In this document: in pieces, positions 43,107 to 61,454 of the stretch
How the letters are laid out: each line of letters begins with the position of its first letter
How positions within the stretch are numbered: the stretch's first letter is position 1
Assembly (NCBI RefSeq): GCF_009914755.1
Contig: NC_060929.1
Direction: 5' to 3' (one strand)
Origin: the human T2T-CHM13v2.0 reference genome, Homo sapiens
DNA: 64,000 bases
Translations under genes and position numbers: made by a program
The notes under the pieces: generated by a model
Databases searched by the model: none
What the model saw: the letters and a program-made list of their open reading frames with translations, nothing else
Told to the model about the DNA's origin: nothing

Positions 43107-44875
43107 GCAGTCTAGGACACAAGGACTACAATTCCTGGCCTAGTTTTGGTGCTGTACTATGCTGGGCTCGGAGATGGTGGACTTGCGGTGCCTATGACCT
43201 AGTGAGACACCAGCTGGGATGCCCAAGTGAGTGCCTGTGTCACCCCTCCTTTAACCCTAGGGAGTGCAGCTCGCAATTCTAAGAAAACCTCTTTCTCCCT
43301 GCTTGAAGAAAGGAGAAGGGAGCGTAAACACGACTTTGTTCTTCCAACTTGGATACCAACTCAGCCACAGTAGATAGAGGACCAGGCAGAGTTCTGAGAC
43401 CTCCATTTCAGGTTTTAGCTCCTGGATGACATTTCTAGACACATCCTAGGCCAGAAGGAAATCCAGTTTTGAAGGGAAATACCTGGTCCCTGCAGGATTT
43501 ATTACTTGCTGACAAAAGTGCCTTGGGCCCTGAATAATCAGCAGTAGTAGCTAAGCAGTACTCACTGCTGGCTTCAGATAAGATTCAGAGCTATTCTGGC
43601 TTCAGGTGTGACCCAGCACATTCCAGCTGTGGTGGCTACGGGTAATGACTTTTTCTACTTGAAAGGAGAGAGGAGACTAAGGGGATTTTGTTTTGCAGCT
43701 TGTGTAACAGCTCAGCCACAGCAGGGTAGAGCACTAAGTGGGCTCATGGGGCCCCCACTTTTAGGCCCTGGCTCCTGGGTGGCATTTCTGGATCTGCCCT
43801 GGGCCAGAGGGAAGCCCAGCATCCTAAAAGGAGAGAGACTCAGGACTGGCAGTATTCAGCATAAGCTGGCCGAAAAGCCCTTGGGCCTTGAGTGAACAAT
43901 GGTGGTAGCCAGACCATACTCCCTTCAGGGTTCGGGCAGTGGTGGCCATAGGGTGAGACTTCTCTACTTGAGGAAAAGGGAGAGAAGACTGGGAAGAACT
44001 TTGTCTTGTGGCTCAGGTGCCGGCTCAGCCACAGTGGAATAGAGCAGCAGGTAGATTCCTAAGGTCCCTAATTCCCAACCCTGGCTCCTGAATGGCATCT
44101 CTGGACCTGCCCAAGGCCAGGAGCAACTTGCTCCCCTGAAGCAAACAGGACATAAGCCTGGCTGGATTTGTCACCTGCTGATTGTAGAGCCCTTGGACTT
44201 GAGAGAACATAGATGGGGTAGCCAGGCATTGGTCACTGTAGTCCTTAGTGAGACCTCGTGTGTGCTGGCTTTCAATCTAATCCAAAGCAATACAACTAGT
44301 GGTGACCACAGGGATGCTTGTTTTACCTCTCCCCCAGCTCCAGGCAGCTCTGCACACAGAGACTCTGTTAAGGGAAGAGGACGAAAATGTCTGCCAGGGA
44401 ATCCAGGGAATTCTGGATATTACCCAAGACCACCAACGTGTACCTCAATAAGCCAGCAAGCACTACAGCATTACTGGGCTTGGGGTACTTCCTAATGCAG
44501 ATATTACCGCAATGACCAAAGACCAAAGATCATAACACCCTTTGAATACTTGGAAAGCCTTCCCAAGAATGATGAGTACAAACAAGTCTAGACTGTGAAG
44601 ACTACAATAAATGCTTAATTCTTCAATGCCCAGGCAGCAGCGAATATCCATAAGCATGAAAACCATCCAGGAATACATGATCTCACCAAACAAACTAAAT
44701 AAAGCACCAGTGACCAGTACTGGAGAGGCAGAGATATGTAACCTTTCAGAGAATTCAAAATAACTGTATTGAGAAAACCCAAAGACATGATGTAATCCTA
44801 TTCCTATTCCAGAGAAGGAATTCAGTATTCTATGAGATAATTTTAACAAAGAAATACAAATAATTAAAAAGATCA

Positions 44876-45135
<260 letters not shown>

Positions 45136-46572
45136 TATTTTTTGAAAAGCAGAAATTCTGGAGTTGACAAATGCAGTTGACACACTGAACAATGCATCAG
45201 AGTCTATTAACAGCAAAAATGATCAAGCAGAAGAATTAGTGAGCTTGAAGATGGGCTATTTAAAAATATACGGTCAAAGGAGACAAAAGAAATGAGAATA
45301 AAGAAGAATGAAGTATGTTTACAAGATCTAGAATGTAGCCTCATAAGGGCAAATCTGAGACTCTGAACTCAAAAAGGAGATAAAGAGAGAGATGGGGTAG
45401 AAAGTTTATTCAAAGAGGTAATAGAGAACTTCCCAAAGCTTAGAGAAAGTTATCAGTATTTAAGTACAATAAGGTTATACAACAACTAAGCAGGTTTAAC
45501 CCAAATAAGACTACCTGAAGACATTTAATAATCAAACTCCCAAAGGTCAAGGATAAAGAAAGGATCCTAAAAGCAGCAAGAGAAAAGAAACAAATAACAT
45601 ACAATGGAGCTCAATACATCTGGCAGCCAACTTTTCAGTAAAAACCTTACAGGTCAGGAGACAGTGGCATGACATATTTAACATGCTGAAAGAAAAAATA
45701 CATATATTAGAATAGTATATCTGGCAAAAATGTCCTTCAAACATAAAGGAGAAATACTTTCCCAGGCAAAATACCTGAGGGACTTCATTGATCTCAGACC
45801 TGTTGTATGAAAAATGCTAAAGGGAGTTTTTAAGTGTGAAAGAAAAGGACATTAATGAACAATAAGAAATCATCTGAAGATACAGAACTTACTGGTAATA
45901 ATATGTACACAGGAAAACAAAGAATACTGTCACACTGAAGTTATGGTGTGTAAACTACTTATATCTTAAGTAGAAAGACAAAAAGATGAACTGATCAAGA
46001 ATAATAACTAAAACAATTTTTTAAGACATAGTACAATAAGATATAAATAGAAACAACACAAAGTTAAAAAGTGGGGAGACAGTGTAAAGTTTTTATTAGC
46101 AGAGCTATATTAACCAAAACAGCATCATAGTGGCATAAAAATAGACACACAGACCAATGAACACAATAGAGAATCCAGAAGTAAATCTGTACATCCACAG
46201 TGAACTCATTTTCAGCAGAGATGCCAAGAACATACAGTGAGGAAAAGACAGTCTCTTTAATAAATGGTGCTGGGAAAACTGGATATCCATATGTAGAAAA
46301 ATGAAACTGGACCCGTCTCTCACCATATACAAAAATGAAATAAAAATAGACTGAAGACTTAAATATAAGAATTCAGACTGTAAGTACTAAAGGACATCTT
46401 TGGAGAAACACTTCAGTACTTTGAACTGGGCAAAAATTTCCCCACAAGCACAAACAGCCAAAGCAAAAATGGACAAATAGGATTACATCATGTTGAAAAG
46501 CTTGTGTGTGACAACAAAAGAAGGCACACAAACAGCAAAGAAGTAAATGAAAAGGTACTCACGATCACTGAT

Positions 46573-50300
<3,728 letters not shown>

Positions 50301-50673
50301 CTGATTATGAGAAACATTAAAATCAGAACTACAAGGAGATATCTCATTCCAGCTAAATGGCTTGTGTCCAAAAGACAGGCAACAACACACTGGTGAGGAT
50401 GTGAAGAAAAGGGACCCCATGTACCATGCTGATGGGATTGTAAAGTAGTATAATCACTATGGAGGATGGTTTGGAGGTTCTTCAAAAAACTAAAAATAGG
50501 GCTACCATGTGCTCCAGCAATATTACTGCTATGTGTATACCCAAAAGGAAGGAAATCAGTATATCAAAGAGATGTCTACACTCTTGTGTTCATTGTAGCA
50601 CTATTCACAATAGCTAAGATTTGGAAGCAAGCTAAGTGTCCATCAAGAGATGACTGGATAAAATGTGGTACAT

Positions 50674-53600
50674 TGTACAATAAAAATGGAATTTAATTTG
50701 GAGAAAATCAGTCAAAACTATACAGTTATATGGCAATTAAACATGCTCCTGAATGACTTCTTAGTAAATAATGAAATTAAGGCAGAAAACAAGAAGTTAT
50801 TTGAAACTAATGAGAACAAAGATACAACATACTAGAATCTCTGGGGCACAGATATGGCAGCATTAAGAGGGAAATTTCTGGCACTATACACTCACATCAA
50901 AAATTAGAAAGTTCTCAACCTAATGTCACAACTAGAAAAACTAGACAGGTAAGGGCAAACCAACCTCAAAGCTAGCAGAAGACAAAAAAAATAACCAAAG
51001 TCAGAGCTGAACTGAAGGAGATTGAAACATGAAAAACTGGCCAGGCATGGTGGCTCATGCCTATAATCCCAGCGCTTTGGGAGGCTGAGGTGGGCAGATC
51101 ACAGGGTCAGGAGTTTAAGACCAGCCTGGCCAACATAGTGAAACCCCATCTGTACTAAAAAAATACAAAAAATAAGCCAGGCGTGGTGGCGGGTGCCTGC
51201 AATCCCAGCTATTCAGGAGGCTGAGGCAGGAGAATCGCCTGATTCCAGGAGGTGGAGGTTGCAGTGAGCTGAGATTATGCCATTGCACTCTAGCCCGGGC
51301 AATAATAGTGTGAGACTCTTTTGTCTCAAAAAAAAAAAAAAAAAAGAAACATGGAAAACCATACAAGGACCAATGAATCCAGGAGATAGTTTTTTTGAAA
51401 GAATTAATAATATAGACTGTTAAGTACACAAAGAAGAAAAGAGAGAAGATCCAAATAAACAAAATTAGAATTGAGAAAGAGAATGTTACCGCTGACCCCA
51501 CAGAAATACAGATAACCATCAGAGACTACTATGAGTACCTCTATATATACAAACTAGAAACTCCAGAAGAAATGGCTAAATTCCTGGACACATACATTCT
51601 CCCAAGACTGAGCCAGGAAGAAATTGAATCCCTGAACAGACCGATAATGAGCTCTAAAACTGAATCAGTAATAAATAGCCTACCAATCCCCCATAAAAGC
51701 CCAGGATGAGAAAGATTCTTGGCTGAATTCCACCAGATGTATAAAGAAGAGCTGGTACCATTCCTACTGAAGATATTCCAAAAAATTGAGAAGGGATTTC
51801 TTCCCAACTCATTCTATGAAACCAGTGTTATTCTGATACCAAAATTGGCAGAGATACAACAACAACAATAGCAATAAGAGTTCAGGCCAATATCTTTCAT
51901 GAACATAAATGCAAAAATCCTCAGCAAAATACTAGCAAATCCAATCCAGCAGCATATCAAAATGGTAATCCACCATGATCAAGTAGGCTCTATCCCTGGG
52001 ATGCAAAGTTGGCTCAAAATACACAAATCAATAAATGTGATTCATTACATAATAGAACTAAAGACAAAAACCATGTGATTATCTCAATAGATGCAGAAAA
52101 AGCTTTTGATAAAAATTGAACATCCTTTCATGTTAAAAACTCAATAAATTAGGCATTGAAGGAATGCAAATAATAAGAGCCAACTATGACAAACCCTCAG
52201 CCAACATCATACTGAATGGGCAAAGCTGGAAGCATTCTTCTTGAAAACTGGCAAAAGACCAGAATGCCCTCTCCTACCACTCCTATTAAACATAATACTG
52301 GAAGTTCCAGCCAGGGCAATCAGGCAAGAAAAAGAAATAAAAGGCACCCAAATAGGCAAAGAGGAAGTCAGACTATCCGTTTGCAGAAAACATGGTTCTA
52401 TATTTAGAAAACCCCATACTCCTGGCCAAAAAGCAGCTTAAGCAACTTGAGCTGATAAACAACTTTAGCAAAGTTTCAGGATACAAAATCAATGTACAAA
52501 AATTAGTAGCATTTCTTTACACCAACATGCAAGTGAAGAGCCGTATCAGGAATGCAATCCCATTCACAATTGCCAGAAAAAGAATAAAATACCTAGGAGT
52601 ACAGCTAACTAGGGAGGTAAAAGATCTCTACAATGAGAATTACAAACACTGCTCAAAGAAATTAGAGATGATACAAAGAAATGAGAAAACATTTCGTGTT
52701 CACTGATAGGAAGAACCCAATATTTTTTAAAATGGCCATACTCCTCAACACAATTTGCGATTCAGTGTGATTCTAATCAAACTACCAATAGCATTATTCA
52801 CAGAACTAGAAAAAAACTTTTAAAATTCATATGGAACCAAAAAAGAGCTCAAGTTGCCAAAGCAATCCTAAGCTTAAAGAACAAACCTGGAGGCATAATG
52901 TTACCCGACTTCAAACTACACCCACAGGGCTGTAGTAACCAAAACAGTATGGTACTGGTACAAAAACAGGCACATAAACCAATGGAACAGAATAGAGAGC
53001 CCAGAAATAATGCCACACACCTACAACCATCTGATCTTTGACACAGCTGGCAAAAACAAGCAATGGGGAAAGGACTCCCTATTCTACAAATGATGCTGGG
53101 ATAACTGGCTAGGTATATGTGGAAGACTGAAACTGGACCCCTTTCTTACATCATATATAAAAGCCAACTCAAGAATATAACGCTGTAAATGCAAAATCTA
53201 AAACTATAATACCCTGGAAGATGACCTAGGCAATACCATTCTGGACATAGGAACTGGCAAATATTTTATGACAAAGACACCAAAAGCAATTTCAACCAAA
53301 GCAAAAATTGAGAAATGGGATCTAATTAAACTAAAGAGCTTCTGCACAGCAAGAGAAACTATCAACAGAGTAAACAGACAATCTACAAAATATGAGAAAA
53401 TATTTGCAAACTGTGCTTCTGACAAAGGTCTACTATCCAGAATCTGTAAGGAAAATTAAAATTAAACAAATTTTATAAGCAAAACCCAAACACATGAACA
53501 GATGTTTTTCAAAAGAAGACATACATGCAGCCAACAAGCATATGAAAAAATGCTGTACGTCAGTAATAATTAGAGAAATGCAAATCAGAACCACAGCGTG

Positions 53601-54320
53601 ATATCTTATATTAGTCAGAATGGCTATTATTTTAAAAATCAAAAAATTACAGATGCTGGAGGGGTTATAGAGAAGAGGGAACACCTATACACTGCTGGTA
53701 GGAGTGTAAATTAGTTCACCCATTGTGGAAATCAGTGTGGCAATTCCTCAAAGAACTTAGAACTACTTTTAAACCCAGCCATCACATTATTGGGTATATA
53801 CACCAAGGAATATAAATCGTTCTACCATAAAACATATGCACATGTATGTTCATTGCAGCACTATTCACAATAGCAAAGACATGGAGTCAAGCACCCATGA
53901 ATGGCAGACTGGGTAAAGAAAATGGAGTGTATATACACCATGAAATATTATGCAGTCATAAAAAACAAGATCATGTCCTTTTCAGCAACATGGATGGAAC
54001 TGAAGACCATTATTCTTAGCAAACTAGCACAGGAACAGAAAACCAAATACTGCATGTGTTCTCTCTTATGAGTGGGAGCTAAGTAACAACGCACGTGGAC
54101 ACAACAAAGGGAACAACAGACACTGGGACAAACTTGAGGTCAGAGGGTGGGAGGAGGAACAGGATCAGAAAAAATACCTATCGGGTACTATGCTTAATAT
54201 CTGGGTGACAAAATAATCTGTACACCAAACCCCCATGAGCTGAGTTTACCTGTATTCCAAACGTGTATATGCATTCCTGAACCTAAAGTGAAAGTTAAAA
54301 GAGAAATTTTTTTAAAAAAG
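50674..54320 (+). mobile_element. 5'-truncated older L1P (L1PA15/16-like) nested in the L1MA 3' region
   Basis: Degraded ORF2 and a 3'UTR containing aaaaatacctatcgggtactatgctt. TSD AAAATGTGGTACAT at 50660-50673 and 54321-54334. Confidence 0.88.
51039..51345 (+). mobile_element. Alu (AluS-like)
   Basis: Full dimer; TSD gaaacatg(a/g)aaaac. Confidence 0.93.
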
Positions 54321-55269
54321 AAAATGTGGTACATATATAAAATGGAGTACTATTAAGCCATAAAAAAGAATGAGATCCTGTCATTTGCAACAACGTAGAT
54401 GGAACTAGAGGACATTTATTAAGTGAAATAAGCCAGGCACAGAAAGACAAACTTCATATATTCTCACTTATTTGTGGGAGCTAAAAATTAAACAATTGAA
54501 CTCATGAAGATAGAGAGTAGAGTGATGGTTACCAGAGGTTAGGAAGGGTTCCGGGGAGGAGTGGAGTTGTTAATGGTTGCAAAAATATACAGAATGACTA
54601 GGACCTAGTATTTGATAGCAAAATAGCATGACTACAGTCAACTATAATTTATTGTACTTTTCACAATAACTAAAAGAGTATAACTGGATTGTTTATAACA
54701 CAAAGGATAAATGGTCAGGTGATGGATATCCTATTTATTGTGATGTGATTGTTACATATTATATGCCTGTATCAAAATATGTACCCCATAAATATATACA
54801 CTTACTATGTACCCCTAAAATTAAAAATTAAAAAGTGAAATTATGAGCAATTCATAAGGTATTAAATGTAGAAGTAGAATATATAAATGTTATGTACATT
54901 TTTAAATTATTTTATGTATTTATTAAAATAGCATTTAGCTATGTTGCCCAGGCTGGTCTTGAATTACTTGGCTCAAGTAATCCTCCTGCCTTTATCTTTA
55001 ATGTTTTCACATGAGAGGATTGACTTTGTACTTGTAGTTTTCTATATAGCAAATTTTTACAAAAAGTCTAAGCATAATTTGTATTAAAAAGTATTTCTAA
55101 TTTAAATATGTTTTAACTCCAATTTTATTTCAGAAATCACGTAACCACCTTGAAGATGAAAGATAAATCATTATCATTAAAATTTTTAATTTTGTGTATT
55201 TCTAGGTGTGTGTGTGTAACTTTAAGACGCTATTATTTCCTCCCAGATATGGATTGTCAATGCAGAGCC

Positions 55270-55370
55270 TTTTGGATCTGTCCTTTTCTTCATTTATGGA
55301 TGAGGCAGCTGAGATTTGGAGAGTTTGTGACTAGCCCAAAGCTCCTACGAACTCAGGCTGTATTTTCCTG
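55270..55370 (-). mobile_element. MIR relic
   Basis: catttatggatgaggcagctgagatttggagagtttgtgactagcccaaag. Confidence 0.6.
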
Positions 55371-55539
55371 GTATAGTTGAACAAAAAATTTTCAAAGTGA
55401 TTTTTTTACTATGCTACTTTTTATTAGTGCATACCACAAAATAGACCAATTAACACTTTTGAACTAATTGAAAATTTTCTTAATGCCATTAATATGTGTT
55501 GCAGTCTGATGCATTTATAAAGTTTCACCTGTTTTTCTT

Positions 55540-58500
55540 TTATTTATTTATTTTAAATTAAAAACATGTTTTTAAAAATGTTTGTGGGTACATAGTAGGT
55601 GTATATATTTATGGGGTACATGAGATTATGTATACAGGCATGCAATGTGAAATAAGCACATCATGGAGAATGGGGTATCCATTTTCTTATACATTTATAC
55701 TTTGAGTCACAATCAATCAATTACATTCTTTAAGTTATTTAAAAATTATTATTGACTATAGTTGCCCTGTTGTCCTGTCAATAGTAGGTCTTATTTATTC
55801 TTTTTAACTCTTTTTTGTACCTATTAACTATCCCTACTTACCCTACTACCCTTCCCAGCCTCTGGTAACTATCCTTCTACTGTCTAGCTCCATGAGTTCA
55901 ATTGTTTTGATTTTGAGATCCCACAAATAAGTGAGAATATGTGATATTTGTTTTTCTGTGTCTGGCTTATTTCACTTAACATAGCAATCTCCAGTTCCAT
56001 TCATGTTGTTGCAAATGACAGTATCACCTTTTTTTATGGCTGAATGTATCCATTGTGTATATGTACCACCTTTTTTTATTCATTCATCTGTTAATGTACA
56101 TTTAGGTGACTTCCAAATCTTGGCTATTGTAAATAATGCTGCAATAAACATGGCAGATATCTGTTCGATACACTGGTTTCATTTCTTTGGGGTATGTACC
56201 TAGGGGAGGGATTGCCAGGTCGTATGGTGGCTCAATTTTTAGTTTTTTTGAGGAATCTCCAGACTGTTCTCCATAGTGGTTCTGCTAATTCACATTCCCA
56301 CCAACAGTATACAAGGGTTCATTCTTCTCCACATCCTTGCCAGCGTTTGTTATTGCCTGTCTTGGATATAAGCCATTTTAACTGGGGTGACATGATGTCT
56401 TATTGTAGTTTTGATTTAGATTTCTTTAATGATCAGTGATGTTGAGCACTCTTTCATATGCCTATTTACCATTTGTATGTCTTCTTTTGAGAAATGTCTA
56501 TTCAAATCTTTGCCCATTTTTTGATCTAATTATTGGATTTTCCCCTGTAGAGCTGTTTGAGCTCTTCATATATACTCTGGTTATTAATCCCTTGTCAGAT
56601 GGGTAGTTGGCAAATATTTTCTCTTACTCTGTGGGTTGTCTCTTCTCTTTGTTGAGTGTATCCTTTGCTGTGCAGAAGCATTTTGACACTTGACGTGATC
56701 CCATTTGTCCATTTTTGCTTTGGATGTCTGTGCTTGTGGGGTATTACTCAAGAAATCTTTGCCCAGTCCAATGTCCTGGAGAGTTTCCCTACTGTTTTCT
56801 TTTAGTATAATAGTTTCATAGCTTGAGGTTTAGATGTAAGTTTTTTTAATCCATTTTGATTTGATTTTTATATATGGTGAGACATTATTATTTTTGATTA
56901 ATTCATCATTTAGTCTTTCTACTTATTTAATTCATTTATCGTTTTGTCTTTCTACACCACAGTTACAGTGTTATAATATTCTGTGTTTTTCTGTGGACTT
57001 ACTATATCCAGTGAGTTTTGTACCTTCTGGTGATTATTTATTGCTCATTAATGTCCTTTTTGATAGAAGTATTCCCTTTAGCATTTCTTGTAGGAAGCTC
57101 TGGTATTGATGAAACCCCTCAGCTTTTTTTTTGTCTGGGAAATTATTTCTTCTTCATGTTTGAAGGATCTTTTCACTAGATATGCTATTCAAGTTTAAAA
57201 ATTTTTTCCTTTAGTGCTTTAAATATATCAGGCCACTCTCTCCTGTCCTGTAAGGTTTTCACTGAAAAGTTGGCTGCCAGACATCTTCTTGCAGGATCCT
57301 TAAGGTGTCACTTTTCTGGCCAGAAACCTCTTTGGCCTGTGGCACCTTTGCCTGAGTTTTTCTTGGGACTGTTGGTCTCGTTCCACACACTGGACCTGCA
57401 GGCCGTGCTTGGCTCAGGCTACTGGTCTGGATCCCATGCCTGCCAAGGGTGAACCAGACATGGAGCGGCAAGAGGTATGTGAGCTAGTGAGTGTGAGGTG
57501 CAGCCACTGCACACAGTCAGGCACACCAGCTGCTGCAGCAGGGCGGGCAGCTCCAGGTGCAGCATGGGCACTGGCTCTTTGTGAGGCTGCAGCTAGACCA
57601 CACTGCAGGCAGCTTCCATAGCTGTCACTGGGGAACGTGGTGTCGCCTAGCAGCTTAGATACTCCAGGAACCTCAGGCCCCAAAGAGGGAGTCACAGCCC
57701 TGGCTTGGGGCACTCCCAAGTCTGGGCTCCCTGAAGAGTTGCAGCTCTTCTGTTCACCCACAATGTGGTGAGCATGGGGTTTGTTTCAGCCCTGTTTGTG
57801 TTACAGCTGTTTCAGTCCTGCCATTTGGCAGGTCCCAAGTTCTCCTGAGTCCAGGAAGAATGAGGTATGTGGACAAGTGGAGGGTGAGCAAGGTGAAGAG
57901 GAGCATCACTGAGTGACAGAAAAGCTCAGATGAGACCCTGGAGTGGGTAGCTCCTCTCTGCAACCTGGTCATCATGTTAAGTGTTTAGCCCTCAGCAGAT
58001 AGGAGGCCCTGGAGTGGGTAGTTCCTCTCTGCGGGTGGTCATCCCAACATCTGCAGCTGTCAACAGAGAGGAGGCCCTGGAATGGATAGCTCCTCTCTGC
58101 AGCTGATCACCCCGATGTCTGTAGCTCTCAGCAGAGAGGAGTTCCTGGAGTGGGTAGTTCCTCTTTGCAGCTTGTTGTCCTGGTGTCTGCTCAGCTCTGG
58201 CTGAGCCCAGGGCTTTTATGGGCCTCAGAGGGGAGGAAGTGCCTACCAATTTGTCCATGAGCAGGTCCTGAAAAGGCACCATAAATTCCCTCTCTGGTCT
58301 GCAAGACTGGCAGCCTGGCCTCCTGCCTTTAGGCCCTGCCTGACCTGAAGGTGGGGCCTCAGTGGGGACCTGCTCCCTTCTGCCCAGGCTATTCATGCCA
58401 AGGGGCGCCTGCAGGCCAGTGCTGAGCTGCCCTCAGTCCCCCACGGCTTCCCTCCCATGCTCATTGGTGCCCAAAATCCAGAGGGGGCTGAGGTGGCGGG

Positions 58501-61454
58501 GGCTGGCATGTCAGCACTGCCCTGATCATGGCACACACCCAGCTAGGCTATGACAGTGCCTGGACTCAGTCCCAAACTTGCTTCAAGATAGGAGCAGGCA
58601 CTAGGAGCGGGAGCAGACACTTCTGAGCCTGTTGGGGCAGGAGGAGCCTTCTCAGTCTCCCGAGAGTGCACAGATGCCCGGCTCTGTAACTGTGGCTTGG
58701 GTGGCTGTAGCTGCACCTGGCAGGGTGTGGCTCCTGCCTGCTCCAGGAGTGGGAGGCCCGGGTCCACAGCCACAACTCTGTCACTTGGGCAGCTGCAGCT
58801 GCACCTGGGGAACTCCCGCTCCACCAACGTGGAAAGAGCAGGGCTCCCACTTTTTCCCAGCTTCTGCAGGGTCTGTGGAGTGTGTAGCCCTGGCCGTGCT
58901 TCCCTGCTGTGGACTGGGTGATGGCAGCAACCACTCCAGATGGCCGCTGCTACCATTAATATTGGAGCTCCATTGTTGTTTATTTTCTTTTGCTGCTTTT
59001 AGGATCCTTTCTTTATCCCTGACCTTTGCAAGTTTTATTATTAAATGTCTTGAAGTAGTCTTCTTTGGGTTAAATCAGCTTGGTGTTCTATAACCTTCTT
59101 GTACTTGGATACTGATACCTTTCTCTAGGTTTGAGTAGTTCTCTGTTGTTATCCCTTTGAATAAACTTTCCACTTTTATCTCTTTCTGCCTCCTCATTAA
59201 GGCCAGTAACTCTTAAATTTGCCCTTTTCAGGCTATTTTCTAGATCCTGTAGGCATACTTCATTGTTTTTTATTTTTTTTCTTTTGTCTCCTCTGATTGT
59301 GTATTTTCAAGTAGCCTGACTTCAAGCTCACTGATTCTTTCTTCTGCTTGATCAGTTCTGCTGTCAAGGGACTCTGCTGCATTCTTCAGTATGCCCATTG
59401 CATTTTTCATCTCCAGAATTTTTATTCTTTTTAATTATTTCACTCTCTTTGTGAACTATATCTGATAGAATTTCTTCTCTGAGTTATCTTGCATTTCTTT
59501 GAGTTTCCTCAATACAGCAATTTTGAATTCTTCGTCTGAAAGGTCACGTGTCTCTGTTTCTCCCAAATAGTTACCTAGTGCCTCATTTAGTTCATTTAGT
59601 GAGATCATGTTTTCCTGGATGGTGTTGATGCAAATAGATGTTCTTCAGTGTCTGGGCATTGAAAGGTTAGGTATTATAGTCATCACTGTTTAGACTTACT
59701 TTAGCTGTCCTTTTTGGGAAGGCTTTCTAGATATTTGAAAGGACTTGGTGTTGTGTTCTAAGCTGTATCTGCTTTAAGGGGCACCCCAAGTTCAGTAACG
59801 CTGTGGTTCTTGCAGACTCATAGAGGTACTGCCTTGATGGTCTTGGACATGATCTGGGAGAATTCTCTAGATTACCAGGCAGAGACTCTTGTACTCTTCT
59901 CTTTCTCCCAAACATACAGAACCTCTCTGTCTCTCTGTTCTAAGCCATCTAAAGCCAGGGGTGAAGTGCAACAAGCATCCCTATGGCCATGAACACTATG
60001 ACTACACTATGTCAGACCTGAAGCCAACACAGCACTTGATCTTGCCCAAGGCCTGCTGTAACCACTCCCTGGCTACACTACTGCCTATATGTACTCAAGG
60101 CCCTGGGGCTCTTCAATCAGCAGGTGAAAGCCAGCCAAGGCTGTGTCCTTCCCTTCAGAGTGGCAAGGTCCAGAAGTACCGTCTGGGAGTCAGGGAATAG
60201 AGTGAAAAACCTTAGAAGTCTCCCTGGGGTTCTTTTGTATTGTGGCTGAGCTGGCACTCAAACCACAAGATTCAGTCCTTCCCAATGTCCCTCCCCATTT
60301 CAAAGGCCACCGCCACCCCAGGCCACAAGGAAGTACTACAAGACTACCCCTGATGTTTCTTTTAGGCCCAAGGTCTCTTAAGTCTGCTTTTGTTAAATGC
60401 TGCCTGGCCTAGGACTCACCCTTCAGGACAGTGGGCTCCCCTCTGGTCCAGGGTAGGTCTAAAAATGCCATCCAAGAGCCAAGTCATAGAACTGGGGACT
60501 CTAAGAACCTGCTTGGTGCTGTACCCCACTGTGGCTGTGCTGGTATCTGAAACCAGCAAGTCTCCAAGGCTGACCCAAGGTCCTCGATGTAGTACCTGGG
60601 TGTTTCTGCTGGTTACTCAGGGCTCAAGTGCTCTTCAATTAGCAGATTATGAATGCTGCCAGGATGTGTCATTGTCTTCAAGGCAGGGGGTTTCCTTCTG
60701 GACCAGGGTGTATCTAGAAATGTCATCTGGGAGCTAGGCCCTGAAACAGGTGCCTGACAACTCTGACCATTGCGCAGTCTTGCCTTGGGTGAACTGATAC
60801 CTTAGATGTAAGACAGAGTCCTCCCGACTCTTCCCTCTCCTCTCCTTAAACAGAAGGAAGGGGTCTATTTTGGAGCAGGGAGCTGTGTAGCATGGGGTTA
60901 GGAGAGAGGTGATGCCAACACTCCCTTGGCAGCCCCACAGTGGACTGTGCCCTTCCAGTCCACTGTCGCTGAGCCTAGTTCAACACCAGGATTCATCCAA
61001 GAGTTGCAATCCTTATGGCCTAGACTGCCTTCAAGCTTACTTGGAGACAAGAGTGCTACAGGCCTTGGTGGTGAGGTTTGCAAGTACTTAAGTTCAAACT
61101 GCTGGGATTAGTGATTCCCCTCTGGCTAGGGCTGATTTTGATGTTCCCTCTGTAGGCGGGCTTAGCTCAATTTGGTCTGGCTTTCTGGTTCTAACAGAAA
61201 AGCACTGAGTTCTGTGCCTTACAATTGCTGAGGTCAGGGAGGGGTGGCACTGGCAATTCAGGACTGATTTTTTGTCTCTTCAGTGCCTCTTTCCGGGATA
61301 TGAAGTTCAAACCAAGTACTATGAAAGCTCACCTGATTTTTGGTTCTCATGAAGGTATCCTTTTCATGTGTGTAGAAGGTTGTTAAATTGCTGTTCTTGT
61401 TGGGGGGACAATTGGTGGAGCTTTCTATTTCTCCATCATGCTCTACCCTCTGTC
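55540..61454 (-). mobile_element. Second L1MA-type element with both ends, most of ORF2 deleted, MER52 LTR inserted in ORF1
   Basis: 3'UTR from ~55580, ORF1 relic ~57000-59650, 5'UTR to 61454. Perfect 15-bp TSD TCACCTGTTTTTCTT at 55525-55539 and 61455-61469. Confidence 0.88.
57287..58958 (-). mobile_element. MER52-like ERV1 solo LTR (~1.67 kb) with an internal ~70-bp tandem array
   Basis: GC-rich; the minus strand starts taatggtagcagcggccatctggag. Repeats ccctggagtgggtagctcctctctgc at ~57935-58170. Host ORF1 resumes after it; TSD-like ATCT/ATAT. Confidence 0.8.

Noticed and set aside
57259-59093. Cluster of 60-153 aa ORFs on both strands
   Set aside because: All lie in or overlap a GC-rich MER52-like LTR, where stop codons are rare by composition.
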